Notes: generated by a model from the sequence alone, not told the origin. A DNA stretch of 32,000 nucleotides from Gemmata obscuriglobus (GCF_008065095.1 NZ_CP042911.1:2550001-2582000); one strand, 5' to 3'. Positions 8,988 to 18,209 are shown, counted from the stretch's first letter. A program made the numbers and translations.

Positions 8988-10505
8988 ATGCGAAAAAGAT
9001 TGCTGGGATCGATCGCGGCGTTGGCCGCCGGTGCGGGAACGGCCTGGGCGCAGCCCCCGGTCGAACCCGGGGGAGCACCGGCCGGGATCTCCGGAGGGCC
9101 GGCAGGGGCCGCCGGGGCCGCGCCGACGATTATGCCGCCGGGTAACTTCGGTGCGCCGTACGACCCGCTCGGGATCGGCCCGGTGGGCGGGTTCGGCCCG
9201 CCGCCCGGTCCGATGTACCCGATGCCCGGGCCGTACGCGGCCCAGTCGTACCAGCCGGCCCCGACGGACGGGATCGGCGGCGACCTGGGGTACGGGACCG
9301 CGCCCCGCTGGTGGGTGGACGGCGAGTACCTGCTGTGGTTCAACAAGGGGCAGCCGATCCGGTCCCCGCTGCTCACCACGAGCGCGCCGGCGGACCTGGG
9401 CGTCATCGGCCAGGCCAGCACCACGGTGCTGGTGGGGCAGGGGCGCATCGGGTACGGGGCGATCAGCGGCATGCGGCTGCACGCCGGGTTCTTCGGCGAC
9501 GCGGACCGCCGGTTCGGTTTCGATTTGGGCGGCTGGTTCACCGAGCAGCGGACGGACGTCAAGTCGTTCGGGGCGACCGGGAACACGTCCGGCATCCCGG
9601 TGCTGACCCGGCCCATTCAGGACGTGAACGGGGCGACCAGCGGGCTGGTCCTGTCGGCCCCGGGCATCGGCGGGGCCAGTGCCCTGGTGGCCACCCGCAG
9701 CTCGGCGTTCAGCATCGAGCCGACGGCCGTGTGGAACATCTACCGGTCCACCCCGGGCTCGCGGTTCGCGTGGTCGCTCGACTTCCTGGCCGGTTACCGG
9801 TTCCTCGAACTGCGTGAGGACCTGACGGTGACCACGGCGACCGCGCTGAACAGCGGCACCGTGACGCAGACGGTCGTCACCAACCCGTTCGGGGTCATCA
9901 CGGTCGTCGGCAGCACCATCAACCCGGCGTCGGCGAACGTGGGCGGGGTCACGGTCGTCGGCACCACGATCAACGCCTACGACAGCGTCCGCACGTACAA
10001 CCACTTCAACGGCGGTACGATGGGGCTGCGGAGCGAGGCCCGGTACGGGATCTTCACCACCACCGGGTTCGCCAAGGTGTCGCTGGGTAACATGCACCAG
10101 CGGCTGGAGATCAGCGGCGGGACCTCGTTCTTCGACCCGGGCAGCCGGGCGGGCACGGTCGTCACCCGGCTCCCGCAGATCGGGTCCGCGGTCGGCGGGG
10201 TGCTGGCGAACGCGAGCAACATCGGCCGGTACAACGACGACCGGTTCTCCGTGATCCCCGAGTTCGGCGGCACCCTGGGGGTCGCTCTGACCCGCGGCCT
10301 GAGCGGCTACATTGGGCTCAACTTCCTGTACATCCAGGACGTGATCCGGCCGGGCGGGCAGGTCACCAACGTGGTGAGCAGTGCGGCCATCCCGTTCAGC
10401 TCCAACTACGGGGCGGCCGGGGCGGCCCGGGCCGGCCGGGTGCTGTTCGACCAGGACGATTACTGGATCGGGGGCGTCAGCTTCGGGCTGCAGCTCAAGT
10501 ACTGA
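8988..10505 (+). CDS. BBP7-family outer-membrane beta-barrel protein
   Basis: ATG at 8988 with aggag 8 nt upstream. Signal peptide [22 protein letters not shown], followed by a Pro/Gly-rich region and then [26 protein letters not shown], the hallmark entry motif of planctomycete BBP7 barrels. Alternating beta-strand pattern throughout, and the C-terminus [10 protein letters not shown] ends in an aromatic residue. Confidence 0.85.
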   Translation: MRKRLLGSIAALAAGAGTAWAQPPVEPGGAPAGISGGPAGAAGAAPTIMPPGNFGAPYDPLGIGPVGGFGPPPGPMYPMPGPYAAQSYQPAPTDGIGGDLGYGTAPRWWVDGEYLLWFNKGQPIRSPLLTTSAPADLGVIGQASTTVLVGQGRIGYGAISGMRLHAGFFGDADRRFGFDLGGWFTEQRTDVKSFGATGNTSGIPVLTRPIQDVNGATSGLVLSAPGIGGASALVATRSSAFSIEPTAVWNIYRSTPGSRFAWSLDFLAGYRFLELREDLTVTTATALNSGTVTQTVVTNPFGVITVVGSTINPASANVGGVTVVGTTINAYDSVRTYNHFNGGTMGLRSEARYGIFTTTGFAKVSLGNMHQRLEISGGTSFFDPGSRAGTVVTRLPQIGSAVGGVLANASNIGRYNDDRFSVIPEFGGTLGVALTRGLSGYIGLNFLYIQDVIRPGGQVTNVVSSAAIPFSSNYGAAGAARAGRVLFDQDDYWIGGVSFGLQLKY

Positions 10506-10510
10506 TCCGA

Positions 10511-10624
10511 GCAAATTCGGAATGCGGAATCCGGTGCGGGGAATAGAACACAGAGAGGGGACGGGGCACGAGTCCTCTCCCGGGTGTCCTATTCCGCCCT
10601 CCGAATTCCGCATTCCGAATTTGC
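10511..10624. repeat. ~114-nt extended imperfect hairpin filling the porin-hisG intergenic space
   Basis: Hand pairing: outer arms 10511-10534 gcaaattcggaatgcggaatccgg and 10601-10624 ccgaattccgcattccgaatttgc give 23 of 24 Watson-Crick pairs. Pairing continues inward imperfectly (gcggggaatagaacac vs gtgtcctattccgccc at 13/16, then gagagg vs cctctc). The left arm contains the heptad units cggaatg, cggaatc and cggtgcg. Confidence 0.75.
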
Positions 10625-10626
10625 AC

Positions 10627-11499
10627 ATGAGCGTGTTGAAGTTGGGGTTGCCGGCCGGGTCGCTGCAAGAGGCGACCGCGGATCTGTTCCGCAAGGCCGG
10701 GTACAAGATCACGTTCCCGTCCCGCAGCTACTACCCCGTGATCGACGACCCCGAACTGCACTGCACCCTGATCCGCGCGCAGGAGATGGGCCGGTACGTC
10801 GCCGACGGGTCGCTCGACTGCGGCCTCACCGGCCACGACTGGATCGTCGAGAGCGGCTCGCACGTCACCGAGCTGGCCGAACTCGTGTTCAGCAAGGTGA
10901 GCCGGCGCCCGGTGAAGTGGGTGCTCGCGGTGCCGAACGACTCCGACATCCACGGGCCGAAGGACCTTCAGGGCAAGCGGATCGCCACGGAGGTGGTCAA
11001 CATCACCAAGAGCTGGCTCGCGGGGCACGGCGTCGCGGCCCAGGTGGAGTTCAGTTGGGGCGCGACCGAGGTGAAGCCGCCGAAGTTCGCCGACGCCATC
11101 GTCGAGGTGACCGAGACGGGCAACTCGCTCCGCGCCAACAACCTGCGCATCGTAGACACCCTGCTGACCAGCACGACCCGGTTCGTCGCGAACCCGCAGG
11201 CGGCGCTCGACCCGTGGAAGCGCCAGAAGATGGACGACCTGCTCCTGATGCTCCGGGGCGCGATGGCGGCCGAGGGCAAGGTCGGGCTGATGATGAACGT
11301 CCGCAAGGCGGACCTGGCGCACGTCCTGAACAAGCTCCCGGCCCTGAAAAACCCGACCATCTCGCCGCTGGCGGATCAGGAGTGGGTGGCGGTCAACACG
11401 ATCATCGACGAGGACACGGTCCGGCACATCATCCCGCAGTTGAAGGCCGCCGGCGCCAGCGGGATCGTCGAATACCCGCTCACGAAGATCATCGATTAG
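10627..11499 (+). CDS. hisG: ATP phosphoribosyltransferase, long form
   Basis: [26 protein letters not shown]...[15 protein letters not shown]...LAVPNDS...[16 protein letters not shown]...[23 protein letters not shown], plus the C-terminal regulatory domain (GKVGLMMNV...[15 protein letters not shown]). The length is 290 aa. ATG at 10627; the 82 upstream codons of the track ORF are read-through of the hairpin and the porin 3-prime end. Confidence 0.93.
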   Translation: MSVLKLGLPAGSLQEATADLFRKAGYKITFPSRSYYPVIDDPELHCTLIRAQEMGRYVADGSLDCGLTGHDWIVESGSHVTELAELVFSKVSRRPVKWVLAVPNDSDIHGPKDLQGKRIATEVVNITKSWLAGHGVAAQVEFSWGATEVKPPKFADAIVEVTETGNSLRANNLRIVDTLLTSTTRFVANPQAALDPWKRQKMDDLLLMLRGAMAAEGKVGLMMNVRKADLAHVLNKLPALKNPTISPLADQEWVAVNTIIDEDTVRHIIPQLKAAGASGIVEYPLTKIID

Positions 11500-11509
11500 G
11501 CCGAGGACA

Positions 11510-11543
11510 GATGGTGCCAAGGGTTTCGACCGCTGGCACCATC
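11510..11543 (+). terminator. Candidate hisG terminator stem-loop
   Basis: 10-bp perfect stem: gatggtgcca (11510-11519) pairs with tggcaccatc (11534-11543), with a 14-nt loop. It starts 11 nt after the hisG stop and is followed by ccgtttcgatct, which is only a weak T-run. Confidence 0.4.
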
Positions 11544-11820
11544 CCGTTTCGATCTCCCTCTTGTGCCCGTCTTTCGATCGCCTGTCACCGCCGGCGGTTG
11601 CTGTGTAACCGACTGGGGCGGAACTGGCTTCCCGTCGCTTCTCGTCGGTCGTTTGCGCTCGGGGCATCTCAATCTCGCGGAACGTGGCGAGAACTGATCG
11701 ATCGGGCATTTCAGCGTGTAAGTGATTCGAAAACATGATGTTGCGCCTTCGCATCCAGTAAGCGAGGGGCACGGCCGAGAGGCCATATAGGGCGTATCTG
11801 CCGATTGTGAGGGCGATTCA

Positions 11821-12165
11821 GTAGGTAGCGAGCGGGTAGCGAATGGGTAGTGAACCGCCCGCTCCCCGACCCACTCGCGTCCACTCGCCACCCCACCCGA
11901 CGCCCCCTTGAGCGGCGCTGTAACCCCCGTTACACTTCGCGCCTCGGTAACGCTCTCGACGGGCCGTGACGGGGAATTCCGGTCTCGTTCGTGGGTAGCG
12001 AACCGTCCGCGAACCGGTAGCAAACGGCCAGCTCCCCGCCCGCAGTTGTCCGCTCGATGCCCCATCGGTGCTGCCCCTCTGATACACTTCGCGCTTCGAT
12101 GCACGGCCCGGTTGCGGGTGCCCGTGTTCGGTTTTAGCCTTTGCATTACAGACATTCCGGTCTGT
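11821..12165. repeat. Degenerate ~170-bp direct duplication inside a non-coding gap
   Basis: The same motifs occur in the same order twice: GGTAGYGAACC (11846 / 11994), GCTCCCCG (11861 / 12031), TACACTTCGCGC (11931 / 12083), ATTCCGGTCT (11976 / 12154). In addition, an 11-nt-period triplet GGTAGCGA / GGTAGCGA / GGTAGTGA sits at 11824, 11835 and 11846. The alignment was done by eye; the copies are diverged and contain indels. Confidence 0.45.
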
Positions 12166-12627
12166 GTACCCTTCGCACGCCGCACGGAACTTCCGGCCTG
12201 TGCCTCACGAGGCGGGCCACGTCAATCGGCCGCACGGGTCGTTCGACGGTGCTGGGGCGCCACCTCACGCTGGCACGAACGCTCAGCTCCCCTCTAAATG
12301 CAGATGGCACGCACGGGCGCCGCGCACGCGCACCGGCGTCCAAGTGCGGTTCTCTTCGACTGGATGCCCGTCGTTTCAAGTTGGTCCGGTGTGATTGCGG
12401 TGACCGATCGAATCGTCAGCCTCTGGTCTGGTGCTGCGCAGGGGGGCTGAAGTTGCGCGCCCGGGGCAGGGGCCTCCGGTAGGCCGACGATCGCACTCCA
12501 CCCCCTGGCGACCGCGATCACGGTTCCGCTGGTGGTGCCAATATTCGGACCGTAGCTGGTCACGGCGGAACGGAACTTCGAGAGATGAATTGGCATTCCG
12601 CAATGCGAAAATTGTTGCACGAGCCCG

Positions 12628-12978
12628 TCACGTCACTTCATCCTTGATGACGAACGCCCGCACCTCGGCCAGTTTGCCGTCCCGCAACCGCCAGACATCG
12701 CAGTACGCGAAACGCTCCTTCTTCCCGTGCCCGCCAACCATCGTCACCGTGCCGACTGCGGTGAGGAACTCGCCCTCTTCGATCAGGTGATCGACCGTCA
12801 GTTCGGGTGGCGCGGTGTACGTCTCTGCCATCCACTGCCGCACGGCCTCTTTTCCGCGGAGAACCCGGTCGCCAACGAACGTCCAGACGGTGTCGTCCGT
12901 GCAGAACGACAGGAAACCCTCGTAATCACCTTTGGTAACCGCCGCGTTGGCTTGTTCAAGTACCGATTTGTTGTTCAT
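12628..12978 (-). CDS. SnoaL-like / NTF2-fold protein
   Basis: 116 aa. The sequence MNNKSVLEQANAAVTKGDYEGFLSFCTDDTVWTFVGDRVLRGKEAVRQWM...FAYCDVWRLRDGKLAEVRAFVI is the typical pattern of small NTF2-like (SnoaL/ketosteroid-isomerase-like) proteins. Confidence 0.85.
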   Translation of the reverse strand: MNNKSVLEQANAAVTKGDYEGFLSFCTDDTVWTFVGDRVLRGKEAVRQWMAETYTAPPELTVDHLIEEGEFLTAVGTVTMVGGHGKKERFAYCDVWRLRDGKLAEVRAFVIKDEVT

Positions 12979-13195
12979 TGCGCTCTCCCGCGAAACGCCG
13001 CTACTTGACTCCGAGCCAAGTCATCGTCAATGGTTGTCGTCCGTATTATCTCGTGCAACTACTGTTCCCGCTGCTCGGAACGTTCCGGCTTGCCTGTCGC
13101 ATCCGTCTCTCGATTCCGGCAATTCGCCCCTTCCGCCATCATTACTACCGGAGTAAACTTTCAGGCATCGCCTCCCGCCACTTGAGCCACCCGCC

Positions 13196-14890
13196 ATGAC
13201 GCGCCTGTCTGGTTGTTTTGCTGTGCTCGCGCTCGCTGCCCCCGCACTCACTGCGGATCAAGCACCGGCGCCGCGCACGAAGGCCGCTCCCGCGGCGTCC
13301 GTACCGAAGATGCCGCTATCCGGGCTGACTCCGGCTCAGCCGATGTTCGACGCGTGCATCTACAATTACCCGGTCGGCACCACGAACCCGCAGTGCCAGG
13401 CGTTCGTGAACCAAGGGCTCGGCCAGTACTACTCCTACGTGTGGATCGACGCGGCCCGCGCGTTCGAGACTGCCACGCGGCTCGACCCCGAGTGCGCCTA
13501 CGCGTGGCTCCTGCTGCACCGCTCGCTGGAGAAGTGGGGCAAGCCGGGCGTGACGCCGTCGGCCAACCCGCACGTCGCGGCGCTCGGCGGGCTGGGGCTC
13601 GCGAAGCTCCCGGACCGGGTCGGCAAGAACGCGGCGGAGTACGCCCTCGACACCGCGCGGCGGCTCATGCCGAAGGCCCCGTTGCGGGAGCAACTGCTGA
13701 TCCAGTCGCGCCTGCAAGAGAAGGGGATGTGGCCCGGGGTCGGCCCCGACGAGCGGCGCAAGAAGGCGGCCCAGTCGCTCGACGAACTGCTCATGCTCCA
13801 CGAGGACGACGAAGAGGGTTGGTTCTGGCGCGCCCAACTGGCTTCCGGTGACGGCCCCAACGCCGTCGCGGTGTTCTACAAGGCGCTGCTGCGTGTGAAC
13901 CCGCTGCACCCGGGGGCGAACCACGAGTTCGTTCACTTCTACGAGAACGTGAAGCGCCCCGCGCTGGGCTGGCCCTACGCCGAGAACTACATCAAGTCGT
14001 CGCCCGGTATCCCGCACGCCCACCACATGCAGGCGCACCTCGGCACGCGGATCGGGAAGTGGGGCGAAACGACCGACTGGTCCGCGAAAGCGGTCGAACT
14101 CCAGATCGCCTACCACAAGCTCCAGGGCGTGACGCCGGGCGAGGACCACCAGTTCAACCACCACATGGACATCCTGTCCAAGAGCCTCGTTCACGACGGG
14201 CGGTTCGCCGAGGCGAAGGCGCACCGGGCGCTGTGCGAGAAGTACAAGTACACCTTCCGGCACGACTGGCTGCGGGCCGCGCTGGGGGCGCACGACTGGT
14301 CCGAGGCGCACACCCTGGTCGAGCAGTTCCGCCGCACGGATAAGGCGTCGGGCGCGTACTACGCCGCCCTCGTGTCGCTCGAAAAGGGCGACACCGCGCA
14401 GGCCGGGCGCGAGGTAGAGACGCTGCGGCAGCTCTCCCAGAGCAAGAAGTTCGACCGGAACCTGGAGCGCCGATTGTGGGAGGTCCAGGGGCGACACCTG
14501 TGCCAGTCGGGCAACACCGAGGCCGGGCTGAAGCTGCTCAAGAAGGTGGTGGACGCGACCAAGAACGACTTCGGGCACCACGCCTGGGGCAACGGGGCGG
14601 TGTACATGGAGTCGTGGGGCATCGGCGCGCTCGAGGCCGGCGCGGCGACCGACGCCGAGGAGGCGTTCCAGGAGGCCCTCGCGCACGACGCCGGCAGCGT
14701 GCGCGGCGCGCTCGGGCTGTGGGCGCTGTGCGACCGCGTCGGGCGGAGCGAAGAGGCGGCCCGTTACCTGAAGCTCGCGCAACGCGCGTGGTCGCGGGCC
14801 GACTCCAAGGACTTCATCGCGCTCCAGCACGACATGGCGGAGCGGGCCAAGAAGATCACCAAGCCGAGCGTCGCCGCCGCGGGCGAATAA
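13196..14890 (+). CDS. Secreted all-helical TPR-like repeat protein
   Basis: ATG at 13196. Signal peptide MTRLSGCFAVLALAAPALTA. Normal amino-acid composition with TPR-like helical hairpins (AARAFETATRLDPECAYAWLLLHRSL, YKALLRVNPLHPGANHEFVHFYE, AEEAFQEALAHDAGSVRGALGLWAL, EAARYLKLAQRAW). I do not recognise a specific family. Confidence 0.82.
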   Translation: MTRLSGCFAVLALAAPALTADQAPAPRTKAAPAASVPKMPLSGLTPAQPMFDACIYNYPVGTTNPQCQAFVNQGLGQYYSYVWIDAARAFETATRLDPECAYAWLLLHRSLEKWGKPGVTPSANPHVAALGGLGLAKLPDRVGKNAAEYALDTARRLMPKAPLREQLLIQSRLQEKGMWPGVGPDERRKKAAQSLDELLMLHEDDEEGWFWRAQLASGDGPNAVAVFYKALLRVNPLHPGANHEFVHFYENVKRPALGWPYAENYIKSSPGIPHAHHMQAHLGTRIGKWGETTDWSAKAVELQIAYHKLQGVTPGEDHQFNHHMDILSKSLVHDGRFAEAKAHRALCEKYKYTFRHDWLRAALGAHDWSEAHTLVEQFRRTDKASGAYYAALVSLEKGDTAQAGREVETLRQLSQSKKFDRNLERRLWEVQGRHLCQSGNTEAGLKLLKKVVDATKNDFGHHAWGNGAVYMESWGIGALEAGAATDAEEAFQEALAHDAGSVRGALGLWALCDRVGRSEEAARYLKLAQRAWSRADSKDFIALQHDMAERAKKITKPSVAAAGE

Positions 14891-14939
14891 CGCGGGCCGC
14901 CGATGCGAACACCCAACACCCGATCCCCCGATACCAGCC

Positions 14940-15494
14940 ATGACGCGCGTTCTTTGTTTGAGCCTTGCCATGATCCTCGCGCCGGCCCTGCCCGCGGCCG
15001 AACCGGTCGTTTCCGGAACGCCGGTCGGTAAGCGCCCGGGGCCGTACAGCTTCCTGGTCGCCACCGGGCCGCAGCGCGGCCAGCAGACGTGCTACATCTG
15101 CGAACAGCACGAGGGGAACAAGCCGGCGGCCGTGGTGTTCGCCCGGGGCACCACCGACCAACTCGGCAAGCTCGTGACGAAGCTCGACGCCGTGTCGCTC
15201 GCGAAGAAGGAGAGCGGGTGCAAGGTGTGGCTCACGCTGCTCGCGGACAAGGCCGACCTGGACGCGCTCGCGAAGTGGGCGCAGCAGCAGGGCATCAAGA
15301 ACGCCCCCGTGGGCGCGTTCGAGGACGCCGACGGCCCGCCGTCGTACAAGCTGCACCGGGACGCCGAAGTGACCGTGCTGCTGTTCGCGAAGCAACGGGT
15401 CGTGGCGAACTTCGCGTTCCGCGCCGGCGAACTCGACGACGGGGCCATTGAGAAGGTTGTGAAAGCGATGCCGCAGGTGTTTGAGGCGAAGTGA
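14940..15494 (+). CDS. Secreted thioredoxin-fold (TlpA/ResA/AhpC-like) protein with an atypical C-Y-I-C motif
   Basis: Signal peptide MTRVLCLSLAMILAPALPA. The layout CYIC, then AAVVFARG, then KVWLTLLADK..LDALAKWAQQQGIKNAPVG, then YKLHRDAEVTVLLFAKQRVV follows the beta-alpha-beta order of redoxin-type thioredoxin folds. The fold call is by pattern only. Confidence 0.75.
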   Translation: MTRVLCLSLAMILAPALPAAEPVVSGTPVGKRPGPYSFLVATGPQRGQQTCYICEQHEGNKPAAVVFARGTTDQLGKLVTKLDAVSLAKKESGCKVWLTLLADKADLDALAKWAQQQGIKNAPVGAFEDADGPPSYKLHRDAEVTVLLFAKQRVVANFAFRAGELDDGAIEKVVKAMPQVFEAK

Positions 15495-15805
15495 TGTTCG
15501 CTCTGCTCGCCAACGGCGCGCCCTCCCCGTTCCCGACCGCGGACACGCCCGCACGGGAACTCGCCGTTTGGGGCGCGTGCGTCAGCGTGGCGCTGCTCCT
15601 CGGCGGGTGGGGCGTTCTGAACCGCAACCGCCCGGAACGTGACACGCGCGTGGGTGTGGCGCTTCTTGTCGCGATGATCCTCTTCGCGTTCGCCGTGCTG
15701 CTCGCCATGTCGCGCGACTGGGACCGGCAGCGGGCGCGCAACGAACGCGAGCGGCAAGAGTACATTCAGAGCCTGGAGGAGCGGGAGCGGGAGTCGCAGC
15801 GCTGA
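15494..15805 (+). CDS. Small two-TM membrane protein with a charged coiled C-terminal tail
   Basis: The ATG at 15494 overlaps the upstream TGA (gTGATG); a GTG at 15491 is also possible. There are two hydrophobic helices (LAVWGACVSVALLLGGWGVL, VGVALLVAMILFAFAVLLAM), then RDWDRQRARNERERQEYIQSLEERERESQR. The start/stop overlap suggests translational coupling. Confidence 0.55.
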   Translation: MFALLANGAPSPFPTADTPARELAVWGACVSVALLLGGWGVLNRNRPERDTRVGVALLVAMILFAFAVLLAMSRDWDRQRARNERERQEYIQSLEERERESQR

Positions 15806-15827
15806 GCCGCGCCCGTATCTTGTCGGG

Positions 15828-18209
15828 ATGAGCATTTCTCGCTTCCTGCTGCGCCTGGCGCTCGGGCGCAGGCTGCCACAAACCGCTGGCGAACTGCGGG
15901 TGACGGGCGTTGCCGCCCCGGTCACGATCCGCCGCGACCGCTGGGGCGTTCCGCACATCGACGCGGCGTCCGAGGCGGATGCCTATTTCGCGCTCGGCTT
16001 CTGTCAGGGGCAGGACCGTGCGGGGCAACTCGAAGTGCTGTGGCGGCTCGCCCGCGGCGCCCTCGCGGAGTGGGTCGGAGCGGTCGCGCTGCCCGCGGAC
16101 CGGATGAGCCGGCACATCGGGTTCCGCCGCGCCGCGGAGGCTCAGCTACCCGTTCTGAGTGCCGAAGCACGCGGTGCGTTCGAGGCGTTCGCGGCCGGGG
16201 TGTGCGCCGGCACCACAACCGGGCTGCCGCAGAAGCCGCACGAGTTCGCCATCGTCGGCGGCGCGCCCTCCGCATGGGACGGCGCTGATGTGCTGGCCGT
16301 GCTCAAGCTGCAATCCTTCCTGCTCCCGTCCAACTGGGACGTGGAACTGGCGCGGCTGCGCGTCCTGCTCGCCGACGGACCCGACGCCGTTCGTGAACTG
16401 GATCCCGTTTCTGTGCCCCCCGTCGTCGATCCTGTAATGGGCGCGCCCGGGGAGGCGGGCCTGCTCGACCGGCTCGCCGCGGACCTCGCGGCGCTGCAAG
16501 TGTACCTGCCGCGCGGGGGCGGCTCGAACAACTGGTGCATTTCGGGCACGCGCACGGAATCCGGGAAGCCGATCCTCGCGAGCGACCCGCACCTGGCCCC
16601 GACGACCCCGCCGCCGTGGTACCTGGCCCACGTCCGCACCCCCGCCTGGGAAGTGGCCGGCGCGGGGCTGGCCGGCGCGCCCGGGTTCCCGATCGGGCAC
16701 AACGGGTTCGCGGCCTGGGGCGTCACCGCCGGTCTGACCGACAACTCCGACCTGTTTATCGAAACGCTTAGTTCCGACGGGCGCTCTGTGCGCCAGCCCG
16801 ACGGCACGTTCGTACCGTGCGACGTGGTGCGCGAGGTGGTGCGGGTGAGGGGGGCGGCCGACGTGGTGGAGGAGGTGCTCGTCACCCCGCGCGGGCCGTT
16901 GCTCACGACCGTTCTGCCGGATACGAAGCTGGCGGTTTCGCTCTCCGCAGTCTGGCTCCAGCCGCGCCCGGTCGAGGGCTTCCTCAAGTCGCCAACGGCG
17001 CGCTCGTTCGAGGAGTTCCGGAAGCCGTTCGCGCACTGGCCCGCGCTGCCGCTGAACGTGCTTTACGCGGACGCGAACGGGACGATCGGCTGGCAACTGG
17101 TCGGCGAGGTGCCGGAACGGGCGGGGAGCGCCGGGTTGCTCCCGAAGCCCGCCGACGCGCCCGGCTCCGCGTGGACCGGGACCGTACCGTTCGACGCGAT
17201 GCCGTTTCAGGAGAACCCGCCGAGCGGCTTCCTCGCGACCGCAAACGACCCGCCGAACGAGTGGGCACAAGCGTCTTTCCTTCCCAACTCCTCTTCGGGA
17301 CAGCGAGGGGCTGGAGAGGAGTTGGGTCACGACTTCGTCGATCCGTACCGGGCGCGGCGCATTCGAGAGTTGCTCGCCGCGCGCGACAGCGGTTGGACGC
17401 TCGCCGGGGCGTCCGCGATCCAGCTCGACGTGCAGTCGCTCCCGTGGCGCGAGGCGCGTGAGGTGGTGCTGGCGCTCGCCCCGACCGACCCCGACGCCCG
17501 CGACGCGCTGGCGCTCTTGCACGAGTGGAACGGCCGCGTTGAAACGGACTCGTCGGCGGCGGCGGTGTTCGAGCTGTTCGTCGCCGAGATGTGCGTGCGG
17601 GTGGCCCGCGCGAAGGCGCCGAAGTCCTGGGCGACGGCGGTGGGGGAGGGGGCGCTCGGCGTCGCGACGTACAACCTCTTCTCGGACCGCCGGGTCGGGC
17701 ACCTCGTTCACCTCCTGCGCACGCAACCCGACGGCTGGTTCGGGTCGTGGGCGGGTGAGATGGAGCAGGCCCTCGCGGGGGCGGTGCGGACGCTCCGGCG
17801 CGCGGCCGGCCCGGGGCCCCGGTTCTGGGCGTGGGGGCACCTGCGGCAGTTGCTACTGGAGCACCCGCTGTTCGGGAAGCACCGGTGGCTCGGTCCGGCG
17901 TTCAACCGCGGCCCGTTCCCGTGGGGCGGGGACAGTAACACCGTGAGTCAGGCGGGTGCGCGACCGGCCGAGCCGACCGCGTTCACGCACAACATGGCGA
18001 ACTTGCGCACCGCGTTCGATCTGGCCGACCTGTCGAAAAGCACGTTCGTGCTGTGCGGCGGGCAGAGCGGCAACCCGCTGTCGCCGCACCACGCCGACCA
18101 ACTCGCGCTTTGGCTCCAGGGGGAGTCCTTCATATTGCCCTGGGATCAGGCGGACGTGATTCGCGCCGCAGTGGACACGCTCCGGCTCATGCCCGGGGAA
18201 CGTTCTTAG
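15828..18209 (+). CDS. Penicillin acylase family (peptidase S45, Ntn hydrolase) protein; possible acyl-homoserine-lactone or other N-acyl amidase
   Basis: VTIRRDRWGVPHIDAASEADAYFALGFCQGQDRAGQLE is the typical alpha-subunit start. GGGSNNWCISGTRTESGKPILASDPHL contains the autoproteolytic G-S junction with the nucleophile Ser in SNNW. The length of 793 aa is typical of the family. Confidence 0.92.
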   Translation: MSISRFLLRLALGRRLPQTAGELRVTGVAAPVTIRRDRWGVPHIDAASEADAYFALGFCQGQDRAGQLEVLWRLARGALAEWVGAVALPADRMSRHIGFRRAAEAQLPVLSAEARGAFEAFAAGVCAGTTTGLPQKPHEFAIVGGAPSAWDGADVLAVLKLQSFLLPSNWDVELARLRVLLADGPDAVRELDPVSVPPVVDPVMGAPGEAGLLDRLAADLAALQVYLPRGGGSNNWCISGTRTESGKPILASDPHLAPTTPPPWYLAHVRTPAWEVAGAGLAGAPGFPIGHNGFAAWGVTAGLTDNSDLFIETLSSDGRSVRQPDGTFVPCDVVREVVRVRGAADVVEEVLVTPRGPLLTTVLPDTKLAVSLSAVWLQPRPVEGFLKSPTARSFEEFRKPFAHWPALPLNVLYADANGTIGWQLVGEVPERAGSAGLLPKPADAPGSAWTGTVPFDAMPFQENPPSGFLATANDPPNEWAQASFLPNSSSGQRGAGEELGHDFVDPYRARRIRELLAARDSGWTLAGASAIQLDVQSLPWREAREVVLALAPTDPDARDALALLHEWNGRVETDSSAAAVFELFVAEMCVRVARAKAPKSWATAVGEGALGVATYNLFSDRRVGHLVHLLRTQPDGWFGSWAGEMEQALAGAVRTLRRAAGPGPRFWAWGHLRQLLLEHPLFGKHRWLGPAFNRGPFPWGGDSNTVSQAGARPAEPTAFTHNMANLRTAFDLADLSKSTFVLCGGQSGNPLSPHHADQLALWLQGESFILPWDQADVIRAAVDTLRLMPGERS

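Noticed and set aside
10506-10626. Histidine-operon-style leader peptide or attenuator, or a T-box, upstream of hisG
   Set aside because: No short ORF with consecutive His codons exists in any frame. No T-box specifier or antiterminator motifs are evident. The structure is a single long hairpin rather than alternative terminator/antiterminator pairs.
8655-10712. 685-aa minus-strand ORF opposite the BBP7 barrel gene. The same applies to the other long antisense ORFs: 10495..11772, 13316..15064, 16146..17840, 20307..21518, 21588..22601, 22665..23771, 23542..24639, 26810..28075 and 29994..31424.
   Set aside because: All are Arg/Pro/Gly/Asp/His-rich shadows of well-supported genes on the other strand. 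Several run straight across intergenic hairpins and across two genes, which real genes would not do.
11821-12165. CRISPR array or tRNA/tmRNA/RNase P/SRP RNA in the non-coding gap
   Set aside because: The repeats are long (~170 bp), diverged and contiguous rather than short identical repeats with unique spacers. I found no GGTTCGAATCC-type T-arm, no GGAAAGTCC RNase P motif, no tmRNA 5-prime or 3-prime ends, and no SRP domain IV motif by eye.
11496-12185. 229-aa minus-strand ORF in the hisG-SnoaL gap
   Set aside because: The translation is Arg/Ser/Gly/Thr/Pro-rich with almost no hydrophobic stretches. It overlaps the hisG 3-prime end and terminator and spans the degenerate repeats. I treat it as non-coding.
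12294-12620. 108-aa minus-strand ORF starting (GTG) 7 nt after the SnoaL-like stop; a possible small co-transcribed gene
   Set aside because: One stretch (FRSAVTSYGPNIGTTSGTVIAVARGWSAIVGLP) looks protein-like, but the rest (RRCACAAPVRAICI, Pro/Ala runs) does not. Third-position G+C is well below that of neighbouring genes, there is no Shine-Dalgarno motif, and I recognise no family. This is not enough to call a gene, though it is worth a BLASTP if the gap is investigated.
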